Shown here: positions 15,987 through 25,847 of the stretch, one piece after another | Numbering within the stretch: the stretch's first letter is position 1 | Layout of the letters: every line of letters begins with the position of its first letter | NCBI GenBank assembly: GCA_041500865.1 | Contig: JBGQMY010000014.1 | Span: 1-30,941, forward strand | Length of the DNA: 30,941 bases | Direction of reading: 5' to 3' | Origin: Candidatus Micrarchaeia archaeon | GTDB lineage: Archaea; Micrarchaeota; Micrarchaeia; Anstonellales; J096 | Program-made: the position numbers and the translations under genes | Notes under the pieces: generated by a model | Database searches by the model: none | Told to the model about the DNA's origin: nothing | The model's input: only the letters and a program-made list of their open reading frames with translations

Positions 15987-17246
15987 TCAGTAGCCTTCCC
16001 CGTATTCGGTGTTGTGGACCTTGTGCGAGCCCCTTTCCTCCTTGAACTTGTTTGAATCCTCGGCAGGCGGCGCCTTGCGCTTTATGGCCTCCCCCAGGCC
16101 GCGGTCGAACCTCTTGTGCTGGCCTTCATGGCCGTGCGCGTTCCTGTCCCTTCCGCCTCCGAAATGGCCCTTGCTGCGCGCGATGTGCTTGTCCCTCATC
16201 TGCTCGAGGCTGCGCTCAACGAAGGTTATGGCCTTGCCTGCCTTGCCCATCCTTCCGGTCCTTCCTACCCTATGGAGATGGGTTTCCGCGTCGCGCGCTA
16301 TGTCGTAGTTTATGACTAGCGTAACGTCATCTATATGCAGGCCCCTGGCAGCGACGTCGGTTGCGACCAAGACCCTTATGTTGCCCTTTTTGAAGCCGGT
16401 TATGACGCGCTCCCTTGCAGGCTGGCTCATGCCGCCATGCAGCTCGCCTGCCATGACACTCTTGTCTTTCAGCTTCCTGAAAACTGACTGCACGCAGTAT
16501 CTCGTTGCCGCAAAGACAAGGACCTTGCCGTGCTCGTCCCTGAGGATGTCAAGCAGCTTGCCGAGCTTCTCGCTCCTTTTGAGCCTTATCTCCTCCTCTT
16601 CAATCTGCTCGGGCTTCTTCATCTCGCCCATTTCCACGTAATCCGGAACGTTCATGTACCTCTCTATAAGGTTGCTCTCCTTCCTGCCTATGGTGGCTGA
16701 AAGCATCAGCGTCTGCCTCTTTTGCGGGACGTTGGAGAACACGTACTCCATGTCCTTCTGGAAGCCCATGTCAAGCATCCTGTCAGCCTCGTCCAAGATG
16801 ACGATGTCGTACTGGGAGAAGTCTATGACATTCCTCTTCTGAAGGTCTATGAGCCTTCCCGGCGTGCCTACCACTATGGCCGGATTCTCGCGGAGCGCCC
16901 TTATCTGGCCCTCGTAGGTGTGGCCGCCGTAGACTATGGCATAGCGCAGGCCGTGCGCGTTCGCGAACGGCTTGATGTCGTTGACGATTTGGCTTGCAAG
17001 CTCCCGCGTCGGGGCTATTATTATGGCCTTGTTCGCCTTGCCGGACGATATGCGCTCTACTATCGCTATCGCGAACGCGAGCGTCTTGCCTGTCCCTGTC
17101 TGGCTCCTGATTACCAGGTCCGAGCCTTTCAGCAGGACCGGTATGGTGCTAACCTGCACTTCTGTGGGAACTTGAATCCCAATCTGCCTCAAAGTTTCGG
17201 CAGTGCGGGCCGAAATCCCCAATTTGCTAAATCCCATTTTCATCAT
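15987..17246 (-). CDS. DEAD-box RNA helicase
   Basis: Q motif PTEVQ, SQTGTGKT, PTRELA, TPGRL, DEAD, SAT, ARGLH, HRVGRTGR, basic C-terminal tail. Start uncertain (17246, 17243 or 17237). Confidence 0.96.
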   Translation of the reverse strand: MMKMGFSKLGISARTAETLRQIGIQVPTEVQVSTIPVLLKGSDLVIRSQTGTGKTLAFAIAIVERISSGKANKAIIIAPTRELASQIVNDIKPFANAHGLRYAIVYGGHTYEGQIRALRENPAIVVGTPGRLIDLQKRNVIDFSQYDIVILDEADRMLDMGFQKDMEYVFSNVPQKRQTLMLSATIGRKESNLIERYMNVPDYVEMGEMKKPEQIEEEEIRLKRSEKLGKLLDILRDEHGKVLVFAATRYCVQSVFRKLKDKSVMAGELHGGMSQPARERVITGFKKGNIRVLVATDVAARGLHIDDVTLVINYDIARDAETHLHRVGRTGRMGKAGKAITFVERSLEQMRDKHIARSKGHFGGGRDRNAHGHEGQHKRFDRGLGEAIKRKAPPAEDSNKFKEERGSHKVHNTEYGEGY

Positions 17247-17508
17247 CTTTTTTATAGTCAATTCTAGAAAGAGAAATTAAATTACTGACTTCCAATCCAT
17301 CCAATCCTCTTTTACAAAATCACTATTTTTATGTTATTTGTGCTTGAAAGGATTTTTAAAGGTTTCACCTGCCCCTGGGCATACTGGCCCTTGCCGCGCC
17401 CAAATTACGTCATAAAAACCGCAATCAGGGGGGCGCCATGCCAGGCAACGGCCCTAAACCGCAGAAATAGGCAAAAATATAAAAATCAGGCGCTTCAAAT
17501 GCATTTCA

Positions 17509-18234
17509 ATGTCAATCACAAAGGCCATTGAGACATATAGGAAGAACTACGACGCGGCAATCCTGTTCGCGATGCCGCTGCTGCTTTCGATAATACTGAT
17601 ACTGCTTTACCCGTATCCGACGTTCACGTCGCTTGGCGGGATATTCCTGCGCGTCGTGACTGTGGAGGACCTGGGCATTTTCGGCATAGGCATGATAATT
17701 GTCATATTGCTTCTGTCAATGGCGCTGCTTGGCACGACAATAAGCGCGATTTCCCTGATAGTGAAAGAGGAGCGCGTCAACCACAGGATAAAATACAGCC
17801 TGTTCCTTGAGGCCATAAAGACCTACACGATAACGATATCCATTTACTACCTTCTGCTGTTCCTGCTGCTGGAGGGCATACAGCTTGCGGTGTACATGCT
17901 CGGGATTGACGCGATACTTTACTCTTTGCTTTCGCTTGCGCTGTCATACGTGCTGTTCTTCGCGCCGTTCGCCATGGTGATAGACGACTATTCCATACCC
18001 AGGGGCATAGCGGCCGGCTTTGAGCATTTGAAGACAAAGCCCATTGACCCGCTCAAATGGTTCTTCGCGATAATGGCAACCAACCTCATAGTGATGCTGG
18101 TGCTCAGCCTGTTCATGGACTATTCGGCCGCGAAGATTCTTGTGGCTGTCGTAAACGGGCTTGTGCTGCTGCCTTTCATGATAGTGTACGGCGCCCATAT
18201 GTACGTGGACAAGTACCCGATGACAAGAAAGTGA
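17509..18234 (+). CDS. Polytopic membrane protein, about 6 TM helices
   Basis: Multiple long hydrophobic segments; ends 6 nt before thrS. Confidence 0.8.
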   Translation: MSITKAIETYRKNYDAAILFAMPLLLSIILILLYPYPTFTSLGGIFLRVVTVEDLGIFGIGMIIVILLLSMALLGTTISAISLIVKEERVNHRIKYSLFLEAIKTYTITISIYYLLLFLLLEGIQLAVYMLGIDAILYSLLSLALSYVLFFAPFAMVIDDYSIPRGIAAGFEHLKTKPIDPLKWFFAIMATNLIVMLVLSLFMDYSAAKILVAVVNGLVLLPFMIVYGAHMYVDKYPMTRK

Positions 18235-18240
18235 TGAAAA

Positions 18241-20121
18241 ATGAGGATACTGCTCATACATTCCGACGAGATAGACGTAACGCCCAAGCAGAAGGCCATA
18301 AAGAGCGCTGAAGAGAGCCCAAAGGGGTTTGAGGTCAAGGACGCGATAGTGGCCTTTACCGCAGTCGAGGAGGGGGACACTGATGTGGATAGTGTCGCTG
18401 CCGCGCTTGCGAAGGAGATTGGGGCATATTCCGCGCAGGTCAAGGAAAAAAAGATTGTGCTTTATCCCTATGTTCATCTTACGTCGCAGCCGTCGCCGCC
18501 GGGAATGGCAAAGGCCGTGCTGGACAAGGCCAAGCCGCTGCTGGAAAATGCCGGCTTCAAGGTATGGAGCGCGCCCTTTGGCTGGTACAAGGCGTTCACG
18601 CTCAAGGCAAAGGGCCATCCTCTTTCTGAATTAAGCAGGCAGGTGACGGGGGCAAAGGGCGAGCCAAAGAAAAAGGGGGAAGAGCATGAGTCAGAGTCCC
18701 TGAAGGCCGAATCGACGGTCAAGAGCAGGTTCTACATTTTCGGGGCTGACGGGAAGCTTACGCCGGTTGAGGAATACAAGTTCCAGAAAGGCAACCTTGA
18801 GAAACTCGCGATATATGAAACAAGGAAGGCAAGGGCTTACGCCACGGCCCCGCCGCACATAAAGATAATGCAGGACCTGGAGCTGGTTGACTACGAGCCA
18901 GGAAGCGATTCGGGGAACTTCAGGTATTACCCAAAAGGGAAGATGGTGAAAAAGCTGCTGGAAAATTACATAACGGGCATATGCCTGGATTACGGGGCGT
19001 TTGAGGTTGAGACGCCCATAATGTACGACTACGAGCACCCGTCGCTGAAGAGATACCTCAACAGGTTCCCTGCAAGGCAGTACACGGTGCTTAGCGACGA
19101 GAAAAAGCTGTTTTTGCGCTTCTCCGCCTGCTTCGGCCAGTTCCTTATGGCGCACGACGCGGTCATAAGCTACAGGCAGCTTCCGCTCAAGCTCTTTGAA
19201 TTGACGAGGTACAGCTTCAGGCGTGAGCAGAGCGGCGAGTTGGCTGGGCTCAAAAGGCTCAGGGCGTTCACGATGCCGGACATGCACACGATGGCCGCTG
19301 ACATGGACATGGCAAAGACGGCGTTTGAGGAGCAGTTCGTCAAGTCCATGGAGTTCCTGTCAAGCCTTGGGCTGCTTGAAGGCACGGAGCTTGCGTTCAG
19401 GATACAGGAGGACTTCTTCAACGAGAACAGGGGCTGGTACATCGGGATGGCGAAGAAGGCCGGAAAGCCCATGCTTGTCGAGATGTTCAAGGAAAGGTAC
19501 GCGTATTTCATAACCAAGTTTGAATTTAACTTTATTGACTCCATGGACAAGGCAAGCGCATTGTCAACAGTGCAGATAGACGTTGAGAACGCGGACACGT
19601 ACGACATAAGCTACATAGACGGAAAAGGGCAGAGGATAAGGCCATTGATACTGCATGCCTCGCTCAGCGGGGCTGTTGAAAGGGACATTTACGCGCTTTT
19701 GGAAAAGGAAGCCATGGAAATGAAGAAAGGCAAGAAAGGCATGCTGCCTTTGTGGCTTTCGCCTGCGCAGCTGAGGATAGTGCCTGTAAGCAACGACAAA
19801 CATTTGGACTACGCTAAAAAGCTGGCTGAAAGCGCGAAGGGCAAAAAAGTAAGGCTGGAGATAGACGACAGGGAGGAGACGCTGCCGTGGAAGGTAAGGT
19901 CGGCAGAAAAGGAATGGACGCCGTACATCGCCGTTGTCGGGGACAAGGAGATTGAAAGCAAAAAGGCCTTCGTGACGATAAGGGAGACGGGCGAGCGGAA
20001 GGCGATGTCCGTTGACGAGATAATTGACGAAATTGAGAAAAAGACGTCAAAGTTCCCGTTTGAGGCGCAGACGTTCCCTGCCCAGATATCAAAAAGGCCG
20101 GTCTTCAGGAACGTGCTCTGA
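18241..20121 (+). CDS. thrS: Threonine-tRNA ligase, archaeal type with N-terminal editing domain
   Basis: MRILLIHSD, YPYVHL, APFGWYKAF, HPLSELSR, LRFSACFGQF, FRREQSGEL, LRAFTMPDMH, anticodon-binding domain. Confidence 0.98.
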   Translation: MRILLIHSDEIDVTPKQKAIKSAEESPKGFEVKDAIVAFTAVEEGDTDVDSVAAALAKEIGAYSAQVKEKKIVLYPYVHLTSQPSPPGMAKAVLDKAKPLLENAGFKVWSAPFGWYKAFTLKAKGHPLSELSRQVTGAKGEPKKKGEEHESESLKAESTVKSRFYIFGADGKLTPVEEYKFQKGNLEKLAIYETRKARAYATAPPHIKIMQDLELVDYEPGSDSGNFRYYPKGKMVKKLLENYITGICLDYGAFEVETPIMYDYEHPSLKRYLNRFPARQYTVLSDEKKLFLRFSACFGQFLMAHDAVISYRQLPLKLFELTRYSFRREQSGELAGLKRLRAFTMPDMHTMAADMDMAKTAFEEQFVKSMEFLSSLGLLEGTELAFRIQEDFFNENRGWYIGMAKKAGKPMLVEMFKERYAYFITKFEFNFIDSMDKASALSTVQIDVENADTYDISYIDGKGQRIRPLILHASLSGAVERDIYALLEKEAMEMKKGKKGMLPLWLSPAQLRIVPVSNDKHLDYAKKLAESAKGKKVRLEIDDREETLPWKVRSAEKEWTPYIAVVGDKEIESKKAFVTIRETGERKAMSVDEIIDEIEKKTSKFPFEAQTFPAQISKRPVFRNVL

Positions 20122-20177
20122 GTCCCTTTCTTTTTTGCAAAAAAGAAAGCTCCTGCGGAAAGAAAAAAGCATTTTGG
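20121..20177. repeat. Palindromic T/A element after thrS (terminator-like or dispersed repeat)
   Basis: Perfect 24-bp palindrome ctttcttttttgcaaaaaagaaag at 20126-20149, followed by ggaaagaaaaaagcattttg; similar to 28459-28510. Confidence 0.6.
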
Positions 20178-20235
20178 CGCTGTGGCGCATTTCAGTGTCA
20201 GATGGATTATATACCTTTCCTTGCATCATCCACCC

Positions 20236-20745
20236 ATGCGGCTATTCGTGGCAGTTGACATTCCGGATGAAATCTTGGACAGGGTCTGCGAGGCTGCAAA
20301 GGAGCTTGCGGACCCGAACGTCAAGGTAATACCAAGGGAAAACCTGCACATAACGCTTGCGTTCCTTGGGAAAATGGAACTGGATGATGCGGAAAAGGTC
20401 ATGGCAAGCCTGAAGCTTGAGCCAGGTGACGTGACGCTGAAGGGCGCGGGAGTCTTTCCCAACCAGGAGTTCGTCAAGATAGCGTGGGTTGGCGTTGAAG
20501 GCAGGGGGATGAAGAGGAACGCTGACAAACTCATAAAGGCGTTCAAGATTGAGGAAGGCAGGGAAGCCAGGCTCCACCTAACTGTGGCTAGAGTCTATGG
20601 AAAAACGGAAAAGGCGAAAACTTTTGTTGAAAAATACGGCGCCAATGACTTCGGGACTTTCAGGCCTGATGCCATCTGCCTCTACGAAAGCGTGCTGAAA
20701 AAGCCCAATCCCGAATACAAGCTAATCAGGGAATACGGGCTTTGA
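20236..20745 (+). CDS. thpR: RNA 2',3'-cyclic phosphodiesterase (2H family, 2'-5' RNA ligase)
   Basis: MRLFVAVDIP and two HxT motifs (HITL, HLTV). Confidence 0.93.
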   Translation: MRLFVAVDIPDEILDRVCEAAKELADPNVKVIPRENLHITLAFLGKMELDDAEKVMASLKLEPGDVTLKGAGVFPNQEFVKIAWVGVEGRGMKRNADKLIKAFKIEEGREARLHLTVARVYGKTEKAKTFVEKYGANDFGTFRPDAICLYESVLKKPNPEYKLIREYGL

Positions 20746-21075
20746 CTATTTCCGCGACGGGGCGAGCTTGAGCTTGCCGAACATGCTCGCTATGCTTTTC
20801 ACAGTGGCTATGCTGAACAGCCTCTTGGCGCCCTCAACCGCCTTCGCGTCCGTTTCCGAGGAAAGCCATACAAGCGTTATTACCTTCTTGAGGAACGCCT
20901 TCGTTATGTTGGGGTCCTCCCTCTTAAGGCCGCTTATCATGCCGTCAAGCTCAACCTTCTTGTCTGCGTAAAAGTCCTTGAACTTGTCGCTCTTATCCGC
21001 CTTTTTCCTTTCCGGAGGCTTTTGCGCAATCTGCTGCTCTTCCTCATCTCCCTTGTATATCTGGAAAACCATCAT
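20746..21075 (-). CDS. Hypothetical protein
   Basis: ORF of about 109 aa directly downstream of the adenosine kinase family gene, with GGTGA SD-like motif. Confidence 0.55.
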   Translation of the reverse strand: MMVFQIYKGDEEEQQIAQKPPERKKADKSDKFKDFYADKKVELDGMISGLKREDPNITKAFLKKVITLVWLSSETDAKAVEGAKRLFSIATVKSIASMFGKLKLAPSRK

Positions 21076-21080
21076 GGCAT

Positions 21081-21572
21081 TCACCTTTTGTATCCGAATT
21101 CCCTTAGCAGGGCCTTCCTCTCCTTCGCCTTTTCCGGCGTTTCCACGCCAAGCGGCTTGCCGCCGTCGACAACGCCGACTATCCCGCGGCCTTGCGCGGT
21201 TTCCGCGACAATGACCTCAAGCGGGTTTGACGTAGCAGCGAATATGTTGACCACTTCTGAGACCGCCATCAGCCTGTTTATGATGTTGAGCGGCCAGCCG
21301 TTTCTCATGAATATTATGAAGGAATGGCCTGCGCCTATCCTGCCTGCCGCAGCAGTCGCCTTTTTCACCATTGCCTCGTCGTTGCCGTCATGCCTTATTA
21401 GCAGGTCCCCGCTGGCCTCGCAGAAGGCGACCCCGAATTTTATCGCGGGGTTTGTCTCGACTATGGCCTCGTAGATGTCCTCGACCGTCTTTATGAAATG
21501 GGATTGGCCGACTATGACGTTTTCCCCGTTTCCGGGCTTGATTGGGACTGCGCTCATGGCGATGCTGGCCAT
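21081..21572 (-). CDS. Adenosine-specific kinase family (DUF355) protein
   Basis: NVIVGQSHFIKTVEDIYEA...FGVAFCEASG...GAGHSF...GRGIVGVVDG. Confidence 0.92.
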   Translation of the reverse strand: MASIAMSAVPIKPGNGENVIVGQSHFIKTVEDIYEAIVETNPAIKFGVAFCEASGDLLIRHDGNDEAMVKKATAAAGRIGAGHSFIIFMRNGWPLNIINRLMAVSEVVNIFAATSNPLEVIVAETAQGRGIVGVVDGGKPLGVETPEKAKERKALLREFGYKR

Positions 21573-21746
21573 GAATAGGCTTTTCCATCAGGTGTTTTTA
21601 AAGGTTATATAAAGGTGCCTCGGAAAGGCCACAAAAGGCGACAGCGAGCCCCTATAACCGGATAAGTCGGAGTTCGGCGCATCTGGCCTTACTGTGTTGA
21701 TTGGCGAGGACGTATGTTTAAAAATAGTACGCCCTATAACACTGTT

Positions 21747-22892
21747 ATGGCGACAAGAAGCGGGGCAAAGGTTGTTGAGAGCATACGCTCAAGCCAAGAT
21801 TACAGGAGAAGCGTCCAGAGGGCAATCAGGGCCGCGAAGGATGCCGCGGAGAGGCCGCAGAAAAAGGGGATGTGGGTCAGGCCGCTTGCGATAGGCCTGG
21901 TTGGCGGGCTGGTCGCGTTTTATGGCATCAGCGCCCTAAACACTGCCATAAGGTATGAGTACGGAAAATGTCAGCCAACCCGGCAGCAGGCGCAGCGCAA
22001 TGCCATTCCAGCCCCCGTGGCAGTTGCAGCACCGGCAGCCGCAAAGGCAAGCCCAATTATTGCAAAAAAGGATATCCCGAAACCGATGCCAGAGCAGCGC
22101 AAGGCAATGCCAGCCCCAATGGCGGCTGCGGCACATGCAAGCCATGCAGTGGCGAAGAAGGATACGCCAAACACGAGACCTGAGCTTATCAGGATAATCA
22201 ATGCGAATGCAAAGTGTGGGGAAGGGCTCGGGAAAGCTGATTATAAAATATCAAACATGAAAGAGCAGCTTGCGAAAGCCATGGGAACAGCAAAAACGGA
22301 AAAGCCGGGGCAGGCAGCCGAGAAGCCCGGAAAGCCAGGGCATGCTGCGGCAGTTTCAAGCCCGCCAGCCGCAATGGCAAAGCATGACACGGCGAAGCAA
22401 GACACCTCGTCAATATGGGAAAGTGCCTTTTCTTCTTCCCAGAGTGTCGACTCCACGGCACCGATGGAGGTATTCAAGAAAGCCCCGGCATTTGTCCAAA
22501 AGTATCTGACATATGGCATTGACTCCCTCAACAGCAGCAAAATCCGCATCCACCTGGACAAGATAATCGGAGGGGACGAGAGGTACCTGGGCATCAAGCT
22601 GGATTCCAAAGTGGTTGGGATAGGCGGCAGCGAGAAGGGCGGCAAGAGCACCTGCATAATAATGCTTGCTGACAAGACCTTCACCATAGAGATGGAAAAG
22701 AAGGGCGGCATGTTCGCCAGGAAGTACGCCGACATAAGGATACAGGAGAAAGGCGTATCGGCGCCATACACAAAGAATGCCTGGTTCACTGTAGACACCA
22801 AAGGCGAGATGGGCGGGGACGGCAGCAGCCTCGGCGACCTTAGCGTAATGGCCATAAGCGTGATTGGCGCAAAGCAAAGCGCCTCTTTCTGA
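21747..22892 (+). CDS. Hypothetical single-TM protein with an Ala/Pro/Lys-rich linker
   Basis: TM segment PLAIGLVGGLVAFYGISAL; repeated AxPAPxAxAA...AKKD units. Start at ATG 21747 after TTTAAAAA. Confidence 0.7.
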   Translation: MATRSGAKVVESIRSSQDYRRSVQRAIRAAKDAAERPQKKGMWVRPLAIGLVGGLVAFYGISALNTAIRYEYGKCQPTRQQAQRNAIPAPVAVAAPAAAKASPIIAKKDIPKPMPEQRKAMPAPMAAAAHASHAVAKKDTPNTRPELIRIINANAKCGEGLGKADYKISNMKEQLAKAMGTAKTEKPGQAAEKPGKPGHAAAVSSPPAAMAKHDTAKQDTSSIWESAFSSSQSVDSTAPMEVFKKAPAFVQKYLTYGIDSLNSSKIRIHLDKIIGGDERYLGIKLDSKVVGIGGSEKGGKSTCIIMLADKTFTIEMEKKGGMFARKYADIRIQEKGVSAPYTKNAWFTVDTKGEMGGDGSSLGDLSVMAISVIGAKQSASF

Positions 22893-22980
22893 TTCTTTTT
22901 ACGTGCCTTTTCAGCGTTAGCCATGCCAAAGCGCCGCATTTAAAAATGGTTTTAATCCAAATCCATAACTAGTGGTGCAA

Positions 22981-24483
22981 ATGGCCAACAACAGGAAAGG
23001 CGCGGTTGCAGACCAGACAAGGGTGGACATTCTTTCAACGATTCCGGACGCGGATGACGTCAGGGACAAGCTTGTGCCCAACGCGACGCTGCTTACGGCC
23101 GGCGCCAAGAGGCTGTCAGACAGGAAGACCATATTCGCGCTGCTGAGCTCCAGGGAGATGGCGAAGGTCGGCAACACGCCGACGCTGGACAAGGAGGTAA
23201 GCACCATACCGGCCGCAACGCTGAAAAGGATAAGGGCCGCATACCAGATGTCGTCCCCTGCGATGAGGAAGGAGATTGAGGACGGCCTTAACGAATATTA
23301 TAGGGACAACATTGATGAGGCCAAGGGAAAGGTAACGATAATGCCTGGTGCGTTCACTGGCATAGGCACGGACAAGGGCGTGAACAGCAAGATACTGTAT
23401 GCGGAAACCGAGATAGCCGGGGCGGCGAAGGCGAACGTTGCAGCGGCGCCGGCAAAGGCCAAGATTGTCCCGACCAAGGTCATGGCATTCAAGGAGACGG
23501 CAATAAAAGGGACTGTAGTGCGCGCAGGCGGGGCGGCGAAAGGGGCGGTCGCCGGGGCGGCGTACAATGAGGATGAAAGGACGCTGATGCACCTTGCAGC
23601 AGTGATTGGCGAGCCCATCTCCGTGGCTGGAAAGACCTTTTCGCCAGACATATACAAGGCATACGTGATGAAATACCTGGGCCCAAAGAATATCGAGAAG
23701 GTAAGGGAGGAATTCTCAAAAGAGGCTGACAGGAAGGCGCTTTACCAGTTTTTGTACATCAACGGCGCATGGGCAGGCGCATACGAGAAGCTCAAGGTCA
23801 TACTGAACGACAAGGAACCGGTCAATAGCCTGAAGGACACGGTCGCGCTTTATGCCAGAAGGGGGACTACGGCATATGGGATGTTTGCGAATCAATCATA
23901 CAATGGCGGTGTGGCAAAATACGGCATCAACTATTTGGCAGTAGGCGCGGAGCCGGCCGCGAACACGGCGGTTCAGGCGAGCAAAATCGTGCCAACGGCA
24001 ATAGCCAAGGGCGCGAGGCTTGAGGGGAATAGGATAACCGTGGACTTCGGCGAGGCGTTTGGCGAAAGGAGAAATAAGAGCGTTCTCAAGCTTGAGCTGG
24101 ACTCAAGGCCGAGCGCGATGAGGCAGAGCGAGCTTCTCAGCTCGAAAGCGAGCAAGGTCTACGAGTTCGCGATGGGGGACAAAACGCTTTACCTGAGCGT
24201 GGGCAAAAGGGGCGGCAATGTGGACGTCACGGTTACGCTCAGGCCCAAGAAAGAAAAGGCAGACATCAGCGAGACCAAGAGGTTTTCGCTCACTGTCGAC
24301 TCAAACGGGCTTGCGGACGTCAGCAAGGCGAGCCAGCTGGTGCATGCCGGGCTTGGCGTGAAGTCCGTAACGGTTGAGAACGAAGGAAAGAAGACCGTGC
24401 AGGCAACCTCGGTAAAGGAGGCGAAGAAGGCCGTGGCGGCTGCCGAGAGGAAGGCGAAAGACAGGGCGAGGGAGAAAGGCTAG
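22981..24483 (+). CDS. Hypothetical protein, Ala/Lys-rich
   Basis: 500-aa ORF with host-like codon usage; no recognisable motif. Confidence 0.7.
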   Translation: MANNRKGAVADQTRVDILSTIPDADDVRDKLVPNATLLTAGAKRLSDRKTIFALLSSREMAKVGNTPTLDKEVSTIPAATLKRIRAAYQMSSPAMRKEIEDGLNEYYRDNIDEAKGKVTIMPGAFTGIGTDKGVNSKILYAETEIAGAAKANVAAAPAKAKIVPTKVMAFKETAIKGTVVRAGGAAKGAVAGAAYNEDERTLMHLAAVIGEPISVAGKTFSPDIYKAYVMKYLGPKNIEKVREEFSKEADRKALYQFLYINGAWAGAYEKLKVILNDKEPVNSLKDTVALYARRGTTAYGMFANQSYNGGVAKYGINYLAVGAEPAANTAVQASKIVPTAIAKGARLEGNRITVDFGEAFGERRNKSVLKLELDSRPSAMRQSELLSSKASKVYEFAMGDKTLYLSVGKRGGNVDVTVTLRPKKEKADISETKRFSLTVDSNGLADVSKASQLVHAGLGVKSVTVENEGKKTVQATSVKEAKKAVAAAERKAKDRAREKG

Positions 24484-24527
24484 GCGCAAACGGCAGCTTT
24501 TTATTAGCTTCCGCTCCGAGTTTTTTG

Positions 24528-25289
24528 ATGCCGGAGCTCAGGAAGATAAAGGCAAAGGACAAGTTCTACTTAAGGATACCTGAAGGGCTGGCAGGCGAGA
24601 TGCCTGACGTCATGGAAATCTTCAAGCTTAAGGACGGGTATTTCATCATAACGCCGGCGCTAGGCGCGCCCAAAGAGGAACTGGCGGAAAGGGAAAAGCC
24701 GGCTGAAAAGAAGGACGGCAAGAACGGAAACGAGGAGTTTGCGCTCCTTTACGGCATATCGCTCATACCGTTCAGCAAAAGGGACATTGAAAGCGTTTTG
24801 ATAAAATTAAAGGAAAGCGAAAGGAAGATGCTGCACCAGATGGTGGATTCAAGGATTGTTTCGCTTGTTGAAAAAGACGGAAAAAAGTACATCCAGTTTT
24901 CGTCAGAGCTTTACAGCAGGCTGAAAAGCTATAGCTCTGAAGGAAAAATCAATGCCCAGCAGAAGGCGGATGCAAAGATAAGCGACTACGCGGTTTTCTC
25001 AAAGGACGATTTCAACGTGTTTTACAGGGCGACCAGCCAAAACGAATTAAGGTCGCTTGCCATAGTGCCCTGGTTCGACGGGAAGGTCTACGTGGCTTCA
25101 AGGAACTGGATAATGGGCCAGGGGCAGAAGGCCGTGGAGCTTTTCAGGAAGAAAGGCGAGCTTACGGACGAGGAGATGGCGAAGGAGCTCGGGATAGGGG
25201 CGGACGGCGCCCGCACGGTAGCTATATCGCTGTGCAACGAGGGGATAATGGTGGAGTCCAAGAAAGGGCACTACGCCCTTGCTGAATGA
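24528..25289 (+). CDS. Hypothetical protein with AbrB-like N-terminus and C-terminal winged HTH
   Basis: KFYLRIPEGL...EIFKLKDGYFII at the N-terminus; LTDEEMAKELGIGADGARTVAISLCNEGIMVESKKGHYAL at the C-terminus. Confidence 0.6.
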   Translation: MPELRKIKAKDKFYLRIPEGLAGEMPDVMEIFKLKDGYFIITPALGAPKEELAEREKPAEKKDGKNGNEEFALLYGISLIPFSKRDIESVLIKLKESERKMLHQMVDSRIVSLVEKDGKKYIQFSSELYSRLKSYSSEGKINAQQKADAKISDYAVFSKDDFNVFYRATSQNELRSLAIVPWFDGKVYVASRNWIMGQGQKAVELFRKKGELTDEEMAKELGIGADGARTVAISLCNEGIMVESKKGHYALAE

Positions 25290-25291
25290 CG

Positions 25292-25459
25292 CTAGGAATA
25301 GATTACCTGGAGCACCTTTATTATTAGCGCGAATGCCACGATGCCTATCAGGAAATGGACCGGGGACACCTTTATGCCGCCTATGCTCTCGGATGATGTG
25401 AAGGACGGAAGGCCTGCCATTGTAACTGGCATCGCTATGCTTTTCTTGTTCAACGCCAT
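25292..25459 (-). CDS. secG: Preprotein translocase subunit Sec61beta (archaeal SecG), 55 aa
   Basis: MALNKKSIAMPVTMAGLPSFTSSESIGGIKVSPVHFLIGIVAFALIIKVLQVIYS: AGL...IKVSP followed by a C-terminal TM helix. The real start is ATG 25459 inside a longer ORF call. Confidence 0.8.
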   Translation of the reverse strand: MALNKKSIAMPVTMAGLPSFTSSESIGGIKVSPVHFLIGIVAFALIIKVLQVIYS

Positions 25460-25526
25460 GGAAAAATAAGCTGCGCAACTATATAAAAATGTTTTGATTG
25501 ATTGAAAACCATACAAAGGTGAAAAG

Positions 25527-25847
25527 ATGGTAAGGCCGATGCTCAGGAACAGGAGACTCAAAAAGAAGCTAAGCAGGACGCCCGGAGGACGGGTTTCCAT
25601 GACATACTCAAGGAAAGGGAAGATAGTCCACAGGTGCTCATTGTGCGGCATGCCAATGACGTCAGTCAAGTCCATTGGCCCGAAAAGCGGCAAGACGCAG
25701 TCCCGCATCTACGGCGGGAACCTGTGCCACGCGTGCCTTTCCACGGTGCTAAAATACGCTGCAAGGGTAAGGTCCAAGGCGCTGAAGACGGAGGACGTCC
25801 CCATAAGGTACAGGGAACTGGTCAGGACGGCAGCTGGGAAAGCATGA
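25527..25847 (+). CDS. rpl34e: 50S ribosomal protein L34e
   Basis: RTPGGR, CSLCG, SRIYGGNLCHAC. Confidence 0.95.
   Translation: MVRPMLRNRRLKKKLSRTPGGRVSMTYSRKGKIVHRCSLCGMPMTSVKSIGPKSGKTQSRIYGGNLCHACLSTVLKYAARVRSKALKTEDVPIRYRELVRTAAGKA

Noticed and set aside
25460..25843. N-terminal extensions of secG (to 25708) and cmk (from 25634) in the ORF track
   Set aside because: They overlap rpl34e, and homology begins at ATG 25459 and ATG 25844 respectively.
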